Source: an uncultured Puniceicoccaceae bacterium (GTDB taxonomy: Bacteria; Verrucomicrobiota; Verrucomicrobiia; Opitutales; Oceanipulchritudinaceae). From it: 64,000 nt of DNA. The stretch lies in NCBI GenBank assembly GCA_963933835.1, contig CAWVVV010000003.1, positions 1-64,000 of the forward strand, written 5' to 3'. The translations under genes and the position numbers were made by a program. Below are positions 39,415 through 49,411 of the stretch, one piece after another. Positions within the stretch are counted from its first letter, which is position 1, and each line of letters begins with the position of its first letter. The notes under the pieces were generated by a model. It was not told where the DNA came from. It saw nothing but the letters and a program-made list of their open reading frames with translations, and ran no database searches.

Positions 39415-40989
39415 CTAAAATGAAATATCGAAGTAGCGCTTCGCGTAATCGTAGGTCTCCGCCTCTACTTGCGAGAGTCGGTTCTTCCAGTTCGATGCGC
39501 TGAAGCTTGAGGCGAAATCATTCAATGCATGATCATAAGAGTCTAGGCGATCCGCCTTCTCCACATCAGTCAAATAGGCGAATTCCAGACTATTGCGGCC
39601 CAGCTGCACCAGCTCATCCCACGAGAGGTTGAAGTGACTGACCGCAAGGTAGTATTCATCCGTCATATTCGAAGACCACATTCCTCGGTCATCGGTATTC
39701 AAACAGCATGGGATACCCTGACGCATATAGATCGCAAAGGGATGATCCTTCGGATCGGGAATATACTTAAGGAGGTGATTCGAGATAAGGTTGATCTCGA
39801 CCAAGAACTGCCCGCTTCGCATCAGCTGCATCGTCGATGTATCCATAATCAGATTACACCCATGGCCGATGCGGTTTGCTCCGAGGCGCAGCGTATCCGC
39901 GATGGATGAGTCTGGTTTTTCCGCCTCGCCTGCATGAATCGCGACCCCGATGCCGGGATAGAGCCGCAGCATCTCGTCAAACACCTCTGTAAAGCGCGCC
40001 GGGTGGCCTCGGTTGTCATCCTCGCGACCCGCCATATTGATCCCTCGCCAGAGACCGCGATGCGTATCGAGCCACTTGAAGTGGGTACGCACATCGGCCA
40101 CTGCGTTGTCGGTGAAGCGGATAACAACACTCTGAAAACGAACCAGCACACCCGTTTCGAGCGCATCCGGCTGCTGGAGGCGGTTTTTAAAATAAGCGTA
40201 GGTCTCATCCACCGAGAGCACTCTCCCATCTGGAGCGGTTTTGCCCCACGGATTCTCCATGATCTCGAGGTAACGAACACCTTCCGCTCCATAGCGGCGC
40301 ATGTTCTCAACCATCAACTCGCCGATCACAGTGACATCAAATAAGAGCGCTCCGAGGCGCGGCCAGTGGTACTCAAAAAACTCGTTCCTACCCTCATTCG
40401 CTGAGTCCAAGACGACGGACGACTTCCACGCCTTCTCCTCAGCCTTCGAAAGCGATTCAAGCGCCTTAAAATCCGCCTTAATCGCCGGCTCGAGCCGATC
40501 ATATAGATTACTTTTGATCGTCATCCATTTGATCACGTGTGGCCCCATCCAACCAGCTAACTCAGGAGGCACAGGCGCACTCGACAACTTGAAGCGGGTG
40601 TAGAAAGTCTGCCCACCATTGCGCGAAGGATCCGTTGCGATATCCCACCACATTTCGGGTAGCATCGCCCCACCCATATGGTGATGAATATCCCCGCCCT
40701 TTGGTAGCGCATAAAGGAACTTATAGAGCTCAGTTGGCGTTCCTTCCCGTTTGATCGTTTCGTATACGGCGGCCATCGAGCCCATCGCATCTGGGCCAGA
40801 AGAGAGGCCCGAAAAACTGCGGTGAGGAAATTGGTCGTGCAGCGACGGCATTTCAGGCTCTGTCCCCGCTGGATGCGCTCGACCCGTCACCGCCGCCAAG
40901 AAGCCGGATCCCAGACTTAGGCCGAGAAACGAGCGGCGACTAAATGGAGTTAAAGAAGGCGTATTTTCGGGGTCTGAGGGAGCTGCCAT
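39415..40989 (-). CDS. Tat-exported adenosine deaminase, ADGF/ADA2-like
   Basis: Twin-arginine SRRSFLG; LPKGGDIHHH, HAGE, RIGHG and NTDD amidohydrolase motifs. Confidence 0.85.
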   Translation of the reverse strand: MAAPSDPENTPSLTPFSRRSFLGLSLGSGFLAAVTGRAHPAGTEPEMPSLHDQFPHRSFSGLSSGPDAMGSMAAVYETIKREGTPTELYKFLYALPKGGDIHHHMGGAMLPEMWWDIATDPSRNGGQTFYTRFKLSSAPVPPELAGWMGPHVIKWMTIKSNLYDRLEPAIKADFKALESLSKAEEKAWKSSVVLDSANEGRNEFFEYHWPRLGALLFDVTVIGELMVENMRRYGAEGVRYLEIMENPWGKTAPDGRVLSVDETYAYFKNRLQQPDALETGVLVRFQSVVIRFTDNAVADVRTHFKWLDTHRGLWRGINMAGREDDNRGHPARFTEVFDEMLRLYPGIGVAIHAGEAEKPDSSIADTLRLGANRIGHGCNLIMDTSTMQLMRSGQFLVEINLISNHLLKYIPDPKDHPFAIYMRQGIPCCLNTDDRGMWSSNMTDEYYLAVSHFNLSWDELVQLGRNSLEFAYLTDVEKADRLDSYDHALNDFASSFSASNWKNRLSQVEAETYDYAKRYFDISF

Positions 40990-42323
40990 TATCGAACGAT
41001 ATAGAAGAGGATGAACAAGCCACCGATGACGTAGCTAAAGACCGGGACTTCTTTTCCACGGCCGGTGAGAATCATAATGAAAATCCATGAGGCGATGCCG
41101 AGACCAATCCCCTCGGTGACGCTAAAGGTTAAGGGGATGAGCAGCATCGTGATCACCGCCGAGGCCAATTCGGGCAAGTCATCGAAGTCGAGATCCGGCA
41201 ATCCCTGCGCCATAAATATCCCCACCGCAACGAGTGCAGGGGTCGTCGCGACCAACGGAATCATCGTGATCAAGGGTGCGAAGAAAAGCGCCAATAGAAA
41301 ACAAATACCTACTGTCACGGAGGTAAGCCCTGTGCGTCCACCCGCTTCGACACCCGCCGCCGACTCGATATAGGAGGTTGTCGTCGAAGTGCCAAAAAAT
41401 GCTCCGATCGAGGTTGCGACAGCATCTGCCGCCAGCGCTCGACTAATCTTGGGCATTTTGCCTTCGGCATTGAGCAACTTTGCCCGCCGAGCAAGGCCGA
41501 TGATCGTCCCGAGCGAATCAAACAGATCGAGCATCAGAAGCGTCACGAGGAGAGAGATCGTCTCCACGCTGAAATGGGTAAAGGGGTATAAAATATCTAG
41601 CTTGAAGAACGTTTCTCCCATCGACGGAGGGAGTCCAATCAAGCCTAAGAGCCCACCCTCAGAGGGGAATTTAGTCACTGTGCTACCCTGCCCGTCTGGT
41701 ATCAGTAAACCGATGACGGTTAAAGCGACAACGGTGGCAAGGATCGCGGCCGGAAACTTACGCACCGTCAAAGCCACGATCAAAATGATGCCGCCAAAAA
41801 CAAGCAGTGCAGGGGCCGAAGTCAGGTCGCCTATACCCACCAGCGTCGCCTCGTTGTTTATGATGATACCGGCATTCTTTAAGCCAATAAAAGCGATGAA
41901 AAAGCCAATCCCCGTCTGAATTCCAACTTTCACCCCATTCGGAAGTGACTCAGCAAGTTTTGTTCGAAAACCGGTGACCGAAAGGATGAGGAAAATGATC
42001 CCATTCCAGAAGGTCAGCGAAAGTGCGGCCTGCCACGGAAGCCCCATTCCAATACAGATCACAAAAGCGAAGTAGGCATTCGTCCCCATCCCTGGGGCAA
42101 GCGCGATGGGGTAATTCGTCGCATACGCCATCAAGAAGCAACCCAGCGCAGCCGCCAGCGCCGTAACCGTAATCAAGGCCTCAGGCGGCATCCCCGCCGC
42201 CGAGAGAATACTCGGGTTCACCGCGAGGATATAGGCCATCGCGGCGAAAGTCGTCAGGCCCGCTATCAGTTCGGTCCGAACCGTTGTGCCGTTGGCAGAG
42301 AGTTTAAAGAGGCGTTCGAGCAT
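40989..42323 (-). CDS. NCS2/AzgA-family purine permease
   Basis: ELIAGLTTF..MAYILAVNP, APGMG.NAYF, TSYIESAAGV..GGRTGLT motifs; start at MLERLFKL. Confidence 0.93.
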   Translation of the reverse strand: MLERLFKLSANGTTVRTELIAGLTTFAAMAYILAVNPSILSAAGMPPEALITVTALAAALGCFLMAYATNYPIALAPGMGTNAYFAFVICIGMGLPWQAALSLTFWNGIIFLILSVTGFRTKLAESLPNGVKVGIQTGIGFFIAFIGLKNAGIIINNEATLVGIGDLTSAPALLVFGGIILIVALTVRKFPAAILATVVALTVIGLLIPDGQGSTVTKFPSEGGLLGLIGLPPSMGETFFKLDILYPFTHFSVETISLLVTLLMLDLFDSLGTIIGLARRAKLLNAEGKMPKISRALAADAVATSIGAFFGTSTTTSYIESAAGVEAGGRTGLTSVTVGICFLLALFFAPLITMIPLVATTPALVAVGIFMAQGLPDLDFDDLPELASAVITMLLIPLTFSVTEGIGLGIASWIFIMILTGRGKEVPVFSYVIGGLFILFYIVR

Positions 42324-42342
42324 AGTGGGATATGATCTAGTG

Positions 42343-42359
42343 TGCATACAAAATGCCAA
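42343..42359 (-). promoter_or_regulatory. Putative sigma54 (-24/-12) promoter of the permease-deaminase operon
   Basis: Minus strand TTGGCATTTTGTATGCA gives GG-N10-GC spacing, 20 nt upstream of the ATG. Confidence 0.55.
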
Positions 42360-42419
42360 GAGTTGAAAAAGATACACCCTAGCAGTTGAGTGATGCCATA
42401 GAAGATGTTCTATCAAGAT

Positions 42420-44492
42420 ATGCCTAGAACTTTTCTTCTTATCAGCCTCCTCCTTTCTGGCACACCCCTCACCGACGCTGCTGAGCCAAAGCCGATCAAG
42501 GCCGTCGTTCTTGCCATGTATGAAATTGGTGAAAGCGCGGGCGACATCCCCGGCGAACTTCAATTTTGGGTCGAACGCTACCCCGGGGTCGAACCCATCG
42601 AATTCCCCCTCGGACGCCGTGAGCTCTATCTCAACGACGAAGGCGTCCTCGTCGCCTTGACCGGTGGTGGCCTCACCCACGCCGCCACAACGATTACCGC
42701 CCTTGGGCTCGACGCCCGTTTCGATTTCTCGAAGGCCTACTGGCTTATTGCCGGTATCGCCGGCGCTGATCCCGAAGACGCCTCACTGGGAACCGCCGCA
42801 TGGGCACGCTATGTCGTCGATGGCGATCTAATGAAAGAGATCGATGGTCGAGAAATCCCAGAATCTTGGCCGTATGGTCAGATCCCTCTGGGTGCAAAAG
42901 AGCCCAATACCTTCGATGGCGGCTGGTCCGTCGATAACATCGTCTTCGAGCTGAATGCGGGGCTGGCGCAATGGGCCTATGAACTGACGAAAGACGATGC
43001 GGTTGACGACACCCCAGCGCTGGCTGAGTTCCGCACCGCCTTCAAGGGTTATCCAGCGGCGCAGACGCCACCGCGCGTCATTCTTGGCGACGGCATCGCT
43101 TCCAGCACATACTGGCATGGTGCCCTCATGAACGACTGGGCGAATGACTGGGTAAAACTTCACACCGGCGGCAAAGGAAACTTTGTCATGACTGGAATGG
43201 AAGACACCGGGACGCTCACCGCCCTTCGTCGACTCAGTCTGATCGGCAACGTCGACATGGATCGGGTTATGATCCTTCGCACCGGTAGTAACTTTTCACG
43301 ACAGCCTCCAGGCAAGGACGTCGCTTGGAGCACAACAGCACCCTACCCCGACAATGGCCTTCCGGCCCTCGAGGCGGCCTACAAGCTTGGCAGTAAAGTC
43401 GTCAATGCGATCGTTGACGACTGGAGTGTCTATGCGACTGAGCTCCCCTTCGCTAAACCTGTCGATGTCACGCCTGGCTGCATAGATGACTTTCCGGCAA
43501 ATGGTCCGATTAAGATCAAGGCGGTTGTGGTCACGATGTTTGAAATTGGCGAAGACACCGGTGATCGCCCCGCTGAGTTCCAATACTGGGTTGAACGCTG
43601 GCCGCTCACCGAGTCGATTGCTTTTCCGCACGGCTACCGTAATTTACGCTATGACCCTGAAACAGGCGTCCTCGGTATCGTCACTGGCATCGGAACCTTC
43701 CGTTCTGCCTCGTCGATCATGGCCCTAGGGATGGACCCGCGTTTTGATCTCTCGCAGGCCTACTGGCTTGTCGCGGGGATCGCTGGCGTTGATCCGAACG
43801 ACATGTCTCTCGGCAGCGCCGCTTGGGCCGAATGGCTCATCGACGGAGATCTTGCTCACCATATCGACGCGCGCGAGGCCCCTGCTGAATGGACCACCGG
43901 ATACACTCCCCTTCGCCACACCGAGCCCTATAAACAACCTCTTCCAGAAAACGATGAAGGCGTGCGATATAAACTGGACTCCGCTCTCGTCGAGTGGGCG
44001 TATCAACTTTCCAAGGACACCGAACTTCTCGACAACGAGGGGTCAGCAAAACTCCGGGCGCGCTACGTCAATTACCCGACAGCGCAACGACCACCCTTTG
44101 TCTTGAAAGGAGACCAACTCGCCGCGATGACCTTCTGGCACGGCAAGCTCAACAACGACTGGGCAAACGATTGGGTCAACTACTGGACCGAAGGCTCGGG
44201 CAACTTTGTTACCTCCGCGATGGAAGAAACCGGAACGATGCAGTCACTCACATTTCTTGATAACGCTGGAAAGGTCGACATCGACCGCGTCCTCGTTCTC
44301 CGCACCGCGAGCAACTTCTCGATGCAATACGAAGGCGTCACTGCGGTCGAAAGTCTCAGTGGAGAAAAGAAAGGCGGCTACTCCGCATTTATTCCCGCGG
44401 TTGATAACGCCTACCGTGTTGGCAGCGTTGTCCTACGAAATATCATCGAAGGCTGGGAGACGCACAAAAACACCCTTCCCGGTCAGCGCTAA
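42420..44492 (+). CDS. Secreted protein with two tandem NUP ('purine nucleoside permease') family domains
   Basis: Signal peptide, then two homologous halves (MYEIG..GD.PGE.QFWVER / MFEIG..GD.PAE.QYWVER; YWL.AGIAG.DP; LRT.SNF). Confidence 0.88.
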   Translation: MPRTFLLISLLLSGTPLTDAAEPKPIKAVVLAMYEIGESAGDIPGELQFWVERYPGVEPIEFPLGRRELYLNDEGVLVALTGGGLTHAATTITALGLDARFDFSKAYWLIAGIAGADPEDASLGTAAWARYVVDGDLMKEIDGREIPESWPYGQIPLGAKEPNTFDGGWSVDNIVFELNAGLAQWAYELTKDDAVDDTPALAEFRTAFKGYPAAQTPPRVILGDGIASSTYWHGALMNDWANDWVKLHTGGKGNFVMTGMEDTGTLTALRRLSLIGNVDMDRVMILRTGSNFSRQPPGKDVAWSTTAPYPDNGLPALEAAYKLGSKVVNAIVDDWSVYATELPFAKPVDVTPGCIDDFPANGPIKIKAVVVTMFEIGEDTGDRPAEFQYWVERWPLTESIAFPHGYRNLRYDPETGVLGIVTGIGTFRSASSIMALGMDPRFDLSQAYWLVAGIAGVDPNDMSLGSAAWAEWLIDGDLAHHIDAREAPAEWTTGYTPLRHTEPYKQPLPENDEGVRYKLDSALVEWAYQLSKDTELLDNEGSAKLRARYVNYPTAQRPPFVLKGDQLAAMTFWHGKLNNDWANDWVNYWTEGSGNFVTSAMEETGTMQSLTFLDNAGKVDIDRVLVLRTASNFSMQYEGVTAVESLSGEKKGGYSAFIPAVDNAYRVGSVVLRNIIEGWETHKNTLPGQR

Positions 44493-44504
44493 GCGAAGGA
44501 AGCT

Positions 44505-44981
44505 CTACTTCGCGCTCGGTTCAATCGTGTAGCTAAGCTCAAAGCGGTGGCCACCGGATGACTGATCAATCGTCATTGCTCCCGCAATGCCTTTGAGCTC
44601 TCCAGTGCCCGAGTCAGGAACGATGACAACCGTCAACGAACTCTCCCCACGGCTCATGAGACCCGTGTGCTGGAGCGCAAAACTGCCGGTTTTGCCATCC
44701 AGAGTGGCTTCGACAAGCTCCATCGCGACATAGCCTGCCGAACCAGGATTTGCAGTCCGAACGCTCAGCATCTGTCCTTTTCCGGTGCCTGCGAGACTCC
44801 CGTAGTAGATCTTATCGATCGTCAGCCTACCGGCCTGAAATTCACTGTCTTCACAAGGCTGAACCTTGATGTCAAAGGTTCCGGAAGCGATCAATGGAGT
44901 CGTCATAGGAGAAGTTATGGGGTTGGCGCAAAGCGTGGTGAATACACCGATAAAGAGTAAGATTATCGTCTTGGTCGACAT
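44505..44981 (-). CDS. DUF3224-family protein
   Basis: GSAGYVAME, LDGKTGSFALQH and IVPDSGTGELKGIAG motifs. Confidence 0.85.
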   Translation of the reverse strand: MSTKTIILLFIGVFTTLCANPITSPMTTPLIASGTFDIKVQPCEDSEFQAGRLTIDKIYYGSLAGTGKGQMLSVRTANPGSAGYVAMELVEATLDGKTGSFALQHTGLMSRGESSLTVVIVPDSGTGELKGIAGAMTIDQSSGGHRFELSYTIEPSAK

Positions 44982-44997
44982 TTGAAATCTCTCCTAG

Positions 44998-46374
44998 CTA
45001 GGCCTTCTTAGCAACCGCCTCGAGGATAGCCCTAGAGATTAATTGTCCTTTTTCAAAAAGACCTAGATGCAAACTTTCATTCGGCGCATGGTGGCGATCT
45101 TTATCTGTAAATACGCCGACCATCAGCGCATCCATTCCGAGCGCTGCCTTAAGTTGCCCAATGATAGGTATGCTTCCGCCCTCGCGAAGATAAACGGGGG
45201 TATCACCAAAGACCTCTTTGGCTGCTTCTTCAGCGGCAACAAAAGCGCGCGCTAAGGCGGCGTTCTGATCTGCTGGGGTATCACTTCGACCCGGAGGCAC
45301 AACGCGATAGGCTGGACCATGGTGCCCCACATGCACCTCCATGCGAACCTGTGGCGGACAGCGTTCGAGAAGTGTTTTCTTCACGAGGGCAGCAATCTCA
45401 GCGGGCTCCTGATTGGCAACCAGACGACAACTGATTTTCGCAAAGGCCTGACTCGGCACGATCGTCTTATCTCCTGCACCTTGATAACCGCCGCCGATGC
45501 CGTTGAACTCAAGTGTCGGCATCACGCGGGTCACCTCCATTGGAGACAGTCCACCCGTCGGAGCGAAGTCAGGAACATCGAGAAACGCTCTCAAGCTTTC
45601 AGTATCAGACCCGAGGCGGGCGATTTCATCACGCTCCCATTGCTGAACATCGACAACGGCGTCATAGAAATTTGGGACATTCACGCGTCCATCCGGCGAA
45701 TGAAGAGATGCACACACCTCCGCTAGCGCTTGCACTGGATTGTAGACGGCGCCACCAAACAGACCCGAGTGCAGATCGCTTGAAGGGCCAGTGATTTCTA
45801 CCTCCATTGTTACAATACCACGCAGAGCCACTGTAATACCGAGTTGTTCTGGCGTCGGGCTCATCGTGTCCGAGAGAAGTAGAAAGTCCCCGCGAAGCTC
45901 GTCGCCATACTTCTCCAAAATATCAGAGAGGCTCGGGCTACCGATTTCTTCTTCCCCTTCGACAAAGAATGTAATGTTGAGCGGCAGATCAGGCTGCTCG
46001 GCCAAAAGTTTTTTCACCGATGACAAGTGCGCCATGAGGCCGCCTTTGTTATCCGCTGCACCACGCCCGTAGAGACGATCGCCGCGCACCTCCGCCTCGA
46101 AAGGAGGCGAAGCCCATTTATCAAGCGGATCTGGCGGCTGCACATCGTAGTGTCCATAGATCACCACATGAGGCGCGGCCTCCGAAACCTTCCGATGGGC
46201 AATCACGACAGGGTGCCCAGTCGTCGGCGCGACGCGGGCTTCAAAGCCCATGTCTTTCAAAAAGTCGCAGAGCCAGTCGCGGGCCCCTTGCATACCTTCA
46301 GCGAACTCAGGGTCAGTCGATACGCTTGGGAAACGAACGAATGCCTTCAGGGAGGAGATAGGATCAAATGTCAT
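44998..46374 (-). CDS. M20-family dipeptidase
   Basis: YGHYDVQP, GRGAADNKG, EGEEEIGS, DLHSG and HAPNE motifs. Confidence 0.92.
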   Translation of the reverse strand: MTFDPISSLKAFVRFPSVSTDPEFAEGMQGARDWLCDFLKDMGFEARVAPTTGHPVVIAHRKVSEAAPHVVIYGHYDVQPPDPLDKWASPPFEAEVRGDRLYGRGAADNKGGLMAHLSSVKKLLAEQPDLPLNITFFVEGEEEIGSPSLSDILEKYGDELRGDFLLLSDTMSPTPEQLGITVALRGIVTMEVEITGPSSDLHSGLFGGAVYNPVQALAEVCASLHSPDGRVNVPNFYDAVVDVQQWERDEIARLGSDTESLRAFLDVPDFAPTGGLSPMEVTRVMPTLEFNGIGGGYQGAGDKTIVPSQAFAKISCRLVANQEPAEIAALVKKTLLERCPPQVRMEVHVGHHGPAYRVVPPGRSDTPADQNAALARAFVAAEEAAKEVFGDTPVYLREGGSIPIIGQLKAALGMDALMVGVFTDKDRHHAPNESLHLGLFEKGQLISRAILEAVAKKA

Positions 46375-46396
46375 AAAAATCAACTACAGAAGAAAA

Positions 46397-47029
46397 CTAT
46401 CGGTTGGCTTCGTAAATCTCAAGTGCCTGCGGCATGAGTTCCTCAAGACGAGCGATCCGGTTCCCGTGGCTCGGGTGAGTTGAGAGAAACTCGGGAGGCT
46501 GTCCTCCGCTATTAGCTGCCATTTTTTCCCAGAAGGTGACTGCACCGCGAGGATCGAAGCCCGCTTGAGCTGCGACGAGGATGCCTTGACCATCGGCCTC
46601 TGTTTCGTGCGAGCGACCGGAAGGGCAACATCAGCCCGACCTGTGTCCCTACACCATAAACAGCTAGCGTTGCTGCTTTCTGCTCATCCGTCATGTCAGT
46701 TTGATTCGCTGCGACGACCGCTGCGACTCCACCGATACCTCGCAAAATCTTGGCGGAGTAACGCTGGTGGCTATGCTTATAGAGAACGTGGCAAATTTCG
46801 TGTCCAATGACCGCTGCGAGCTCATCATCGGAATCGACAAGCTCAAGCAAGCCTGTGTTGACCCCGATTTTTCCGCCAGGCATCGCAAAGGCATTCGCTG
46901 AATCATCGCATCGAACTGCTGGAACGCCGCTGCCCGCATCTCTGCATCGGAAACGAGTATCGGAACGGTCGAACATCCGAACAAAATCAGGAGAGTCAGA
47001 AGGGAGGCAGAGGGTGGTTTTTTAATCAT
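46397..47029 (-). pseudogene. M48-family metallopeptidase lipoprotein, fragmented over three frames
   Basis: Lipobox LFGC in one frame; NAFAMPGGKI and HEICH in a second; RSHETEAD...PPEFLSTHPS in a third, ending TAG at 46397. Confidence 0.85.
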
Positions 47030-47058
47030 GGCAATTTTTCTAATGCTGAAGTTTTGAA

Positions 47059-47997
47059 TCATCTTTGAGCGCTTGGCAAGGCACTGGGGAAGGCACTTTC
47101 GGGTGTCGCTGTGGCAGCCGGCAGAATCCGATCAATCGGGATTTGCTTTCGGAACCACGTCCGCTGCTTGCGCGCGAGTTGTCGGGTGTGAATAATGATC
47201 TCTTCACGAAGGGCATCAATGCTAGGAAGATCACCGGCAAGAAATGCAAGCGTCTCTCGGTAACCGATCGCAGCACCGGCGGTCGATTTTGAAACAAGTC
47301 CATCTTCGCGCAACTTGGAAACTTCATCAACTAAACCTTCTTCCAGCATTTGATCCACCCTCAGGGCAATTCGCTGATGTAGCTCTGTCGGTTCCCGCTC
47401 GAGAAGGCAGACCTCTTTTTCGATGTTTTCATAGGGCTCCGCTTGATTGGAAAAACGCTTCTGTAGTGCTGTGAGCGGTTGATCTGAAGCCCGACACCGC
47501 ATCAGCGCCATCCGCACACGGCGGGGATTGTTCCAGTCAATCGTTGCATCCGCTCGATTTGCAAAAGGCTCTAGAGCACGCTGAAGGGCCTCAAGGCCAT
47601 CTGACTCGTAGAGCCTATCAACCTCAGCGCGCAGCTCAGGCGGAATGGCGATTTGGTCGACAATGGGAGAGAAAAAGCTCTTGAGATAGAAACCACTCCC
47701 CCCAGCGACGAGGATCGGTGTGCCTGTCGCGCTACACTCCTGAACAATTGAAGTGGCGTATTCAAGATAACGATCAACCGCGTATGTCTCATCTGGTCCA
47801 ACCAGATCAACTCCACGGTGTGGCACTCTGCTTTGCTCCGCTGCGGTTGGTTTGGCGGTTCCGATATCCATTCCACGATAGATGCAGTAGGCATCACAGC
47901 TCAGTATCACAGCGCCCAAACGTTCTGCCACGTCCAACGCCAGAGAGGTCTTTCCGACTGCAGTCGGTCCAACAATAAAGTAGAGCTTCGTCGCCAT
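47059..47997 (-). CDS. miaA: tRNA dimethylallyltransferase
   Basis: GPTAVGKT, YRGMDIGTAKP, GGSGFY, AIGYRE and TRQLARKQRTWF motifs. Confidence 0.96.
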   Translation of the reverse strand: MATKLYFIVGPTAVGKTSLALDVAERLGAVILSCDAYCIYRGMDIGTAKPTAAEQSRVPHRGVDLVGPDETYAVDRYLEYATSIVQECSATGTPILVAGGSGFYLKSFFSPIVDQIAIPPELRAEVDRLYESDGLEALQRALEPFANRADATIDWNNPRRVRMALMRCRASDQPLTALQKRFSNQAEPYENIEKEVCLLEREPTELHQRIALRVDQMLEEGLVDEVSKLREDGLVSKSTAGAAIGYRETLAFLAGDLPSIDALREEIIIHTRQLARKQRTWFRKQIPIDRILPAATATPESAFPSALPSAQR

Positions 47998-48259
47998 CTA
48001 ATAAGGTCAAGAGAAGGTCTTTGCGATATCGCCTCCGACTGCAAGGCGTCTTCTCGATCCTCGACTAGGACGAGGGCGTTTTGTTCCATCCAGAGCACAG
48101 AAAGGTGAAGAATTGCAGGAGATAGCGGTGGCGGATTGTCACTGTCCAAAGGCTTTAAGACCAAGACAGTCTGTGTTTTTAAATCCGCGGGATGGATTCT
48201 CTGTTTTCTCTGGTCGACTTCATCACCGTGACCCTTCATGTAAGGATGCTTTGCAAGGC

Positions 48260-49411
48260 GTGAAAGTCTCACTTATCACTGAAACCTTTCCCCCGGAGAT
48301 CAACGGTGTGGCGATGACTCTTCTCCAACTAGTTGAGGGTCTGACTGACCGCGGACATAAACTCCAAGTGATCTGCCCTGAACGCTCCGATCGCGACGAA
48401 TTCTTAAAACAACGCCGCTTTGAGATGGAGATGGTCCCAGGACTTCCGCTTCCGCGCTATCCCGGCCTTCGCTTCGGGCTGCCCGCCCACCGCGAGATCA
48501 AGCGCATATGGACAGCTTCGCGACCGGACCTCGTTCATATCGCAACTGAAGGACCACTCGGATGGTCCGCCGAGCGCATTGCGAACCAGCTCAACATCCC
48601 GGTCATTACTACCTTTCACACCAACTTCCATAGCTACATGTCCAGCTATGGTTTTGGTGTAATGAAAAAAGCCATCTTCTGGTGGTTGCGAACGATGCGC
48701 CGCCGCGTTAAACGAACGTTCGTTCCATCTGAAGAGCTCAAAACGGAACTCGCCTCGAACGGATTCCGAGACCTCAGCATCCTGAGTCGAGGCGTTGACA
48801 CTAAGCTTTTCAATCCGACCCAGCGTGACACCGAGCTCCGGCGAAGCTGGGGGGTCGACGACGAGACACCTGTCGTCATCTATGTCGGTCGTCTTGCCGC
48901 CGAAAAGAACCTCCCCCTTACGCTCAAGGCATGGAAGCAGATGCAAAGCATCGCCCCTAACATTCGTCTCGTGATCGTAGGAGACGGCCCAGAAAAATCG
49001 GCCATCGCAGAGAAGCACCCAGACATCATCTTTGCTGGGACTCAACGCGGAGAATCGCTAGCGCGCCACTACGCCAGCGCAGACCTCTTCCTCTTTGCGA
49101 GCACGACCGAGACGTTTGGAAATGTCATTACGGAAGCGATGGCAAGCGGACTTGTTGTCTTGTGCTACGACTACGCCGCAGGCCACAGCTACATCGTCGA
49201 CACCCAAAATGGATACACTGTTCCACTGGGAAATGAGGCGGCGTTCCTTGAGTCTGCAGGAAACATCGCTCGGTCGAGAGACCTTTGGCCTGACATTCGT
49301 GAGCGCGCCCGCATAACCGCAGAAACAATTTCTTGGGATGCTGTGATTGATGGCTTTGCCAACGAAATCGAAGCCTATGCCCACTCCCCTCAACGGACAC
49401 CGATCACATGA
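48260..49411 (+). CDS. GT4 glycosyltransferase, Agt-like (glycolipid synthase candidate)
   Basis: ITETFPPEINGVAMTL, HIATEGPLG, YVGRLAAEKN and ETFGNVITEAMASG motifs; GTG start inferred. Confidence 0.85.
   Translation: MKVSLITETFPPEINGVAMTLLQLVEGLTDRGHKLQVICPERSDRDEFLKQRRFEMEMVPGLPLPRYPGLRFGLPAHREIKRIWTASRPDLVHIATEGPLGWSAERIANQLNIPVITTFHTNFHSYMSSYGFGVMKKAIFWWLRTMRRRVKRTFVPSEELKTELASNGFRDLSILSRGVDTKLFNPTQRDTELRRSWGVDDETPVVIYVGRLAAEKNLPLTLKAWKQMQSIAPNIRLVIVGDGPEKSAIAEKHPDIIFAGTQRGESLARHYASADLFLFASTTETFGNVITEAMASGLVVLCYDYAAGHSYIVDTQNGYTVPLGNEAAFLESAGNIARSRDLWPDIRERARITAETISWDAVIDGFANEIEAYAHSPQRTPIT

Noticed and set aside
42324..42680. 119-aa N-terminal extension of the NCS2 permease
   Set aside because: It overlaps the divergent NUP gene and the promoter; family homology starts at MLERLFKL (42323).
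48130..48250. Pho box upstream of the GT4-plcP pair
   Set aside because: GTCA/TTCAT-like half-sites are present but not at the 11-bp spacing.
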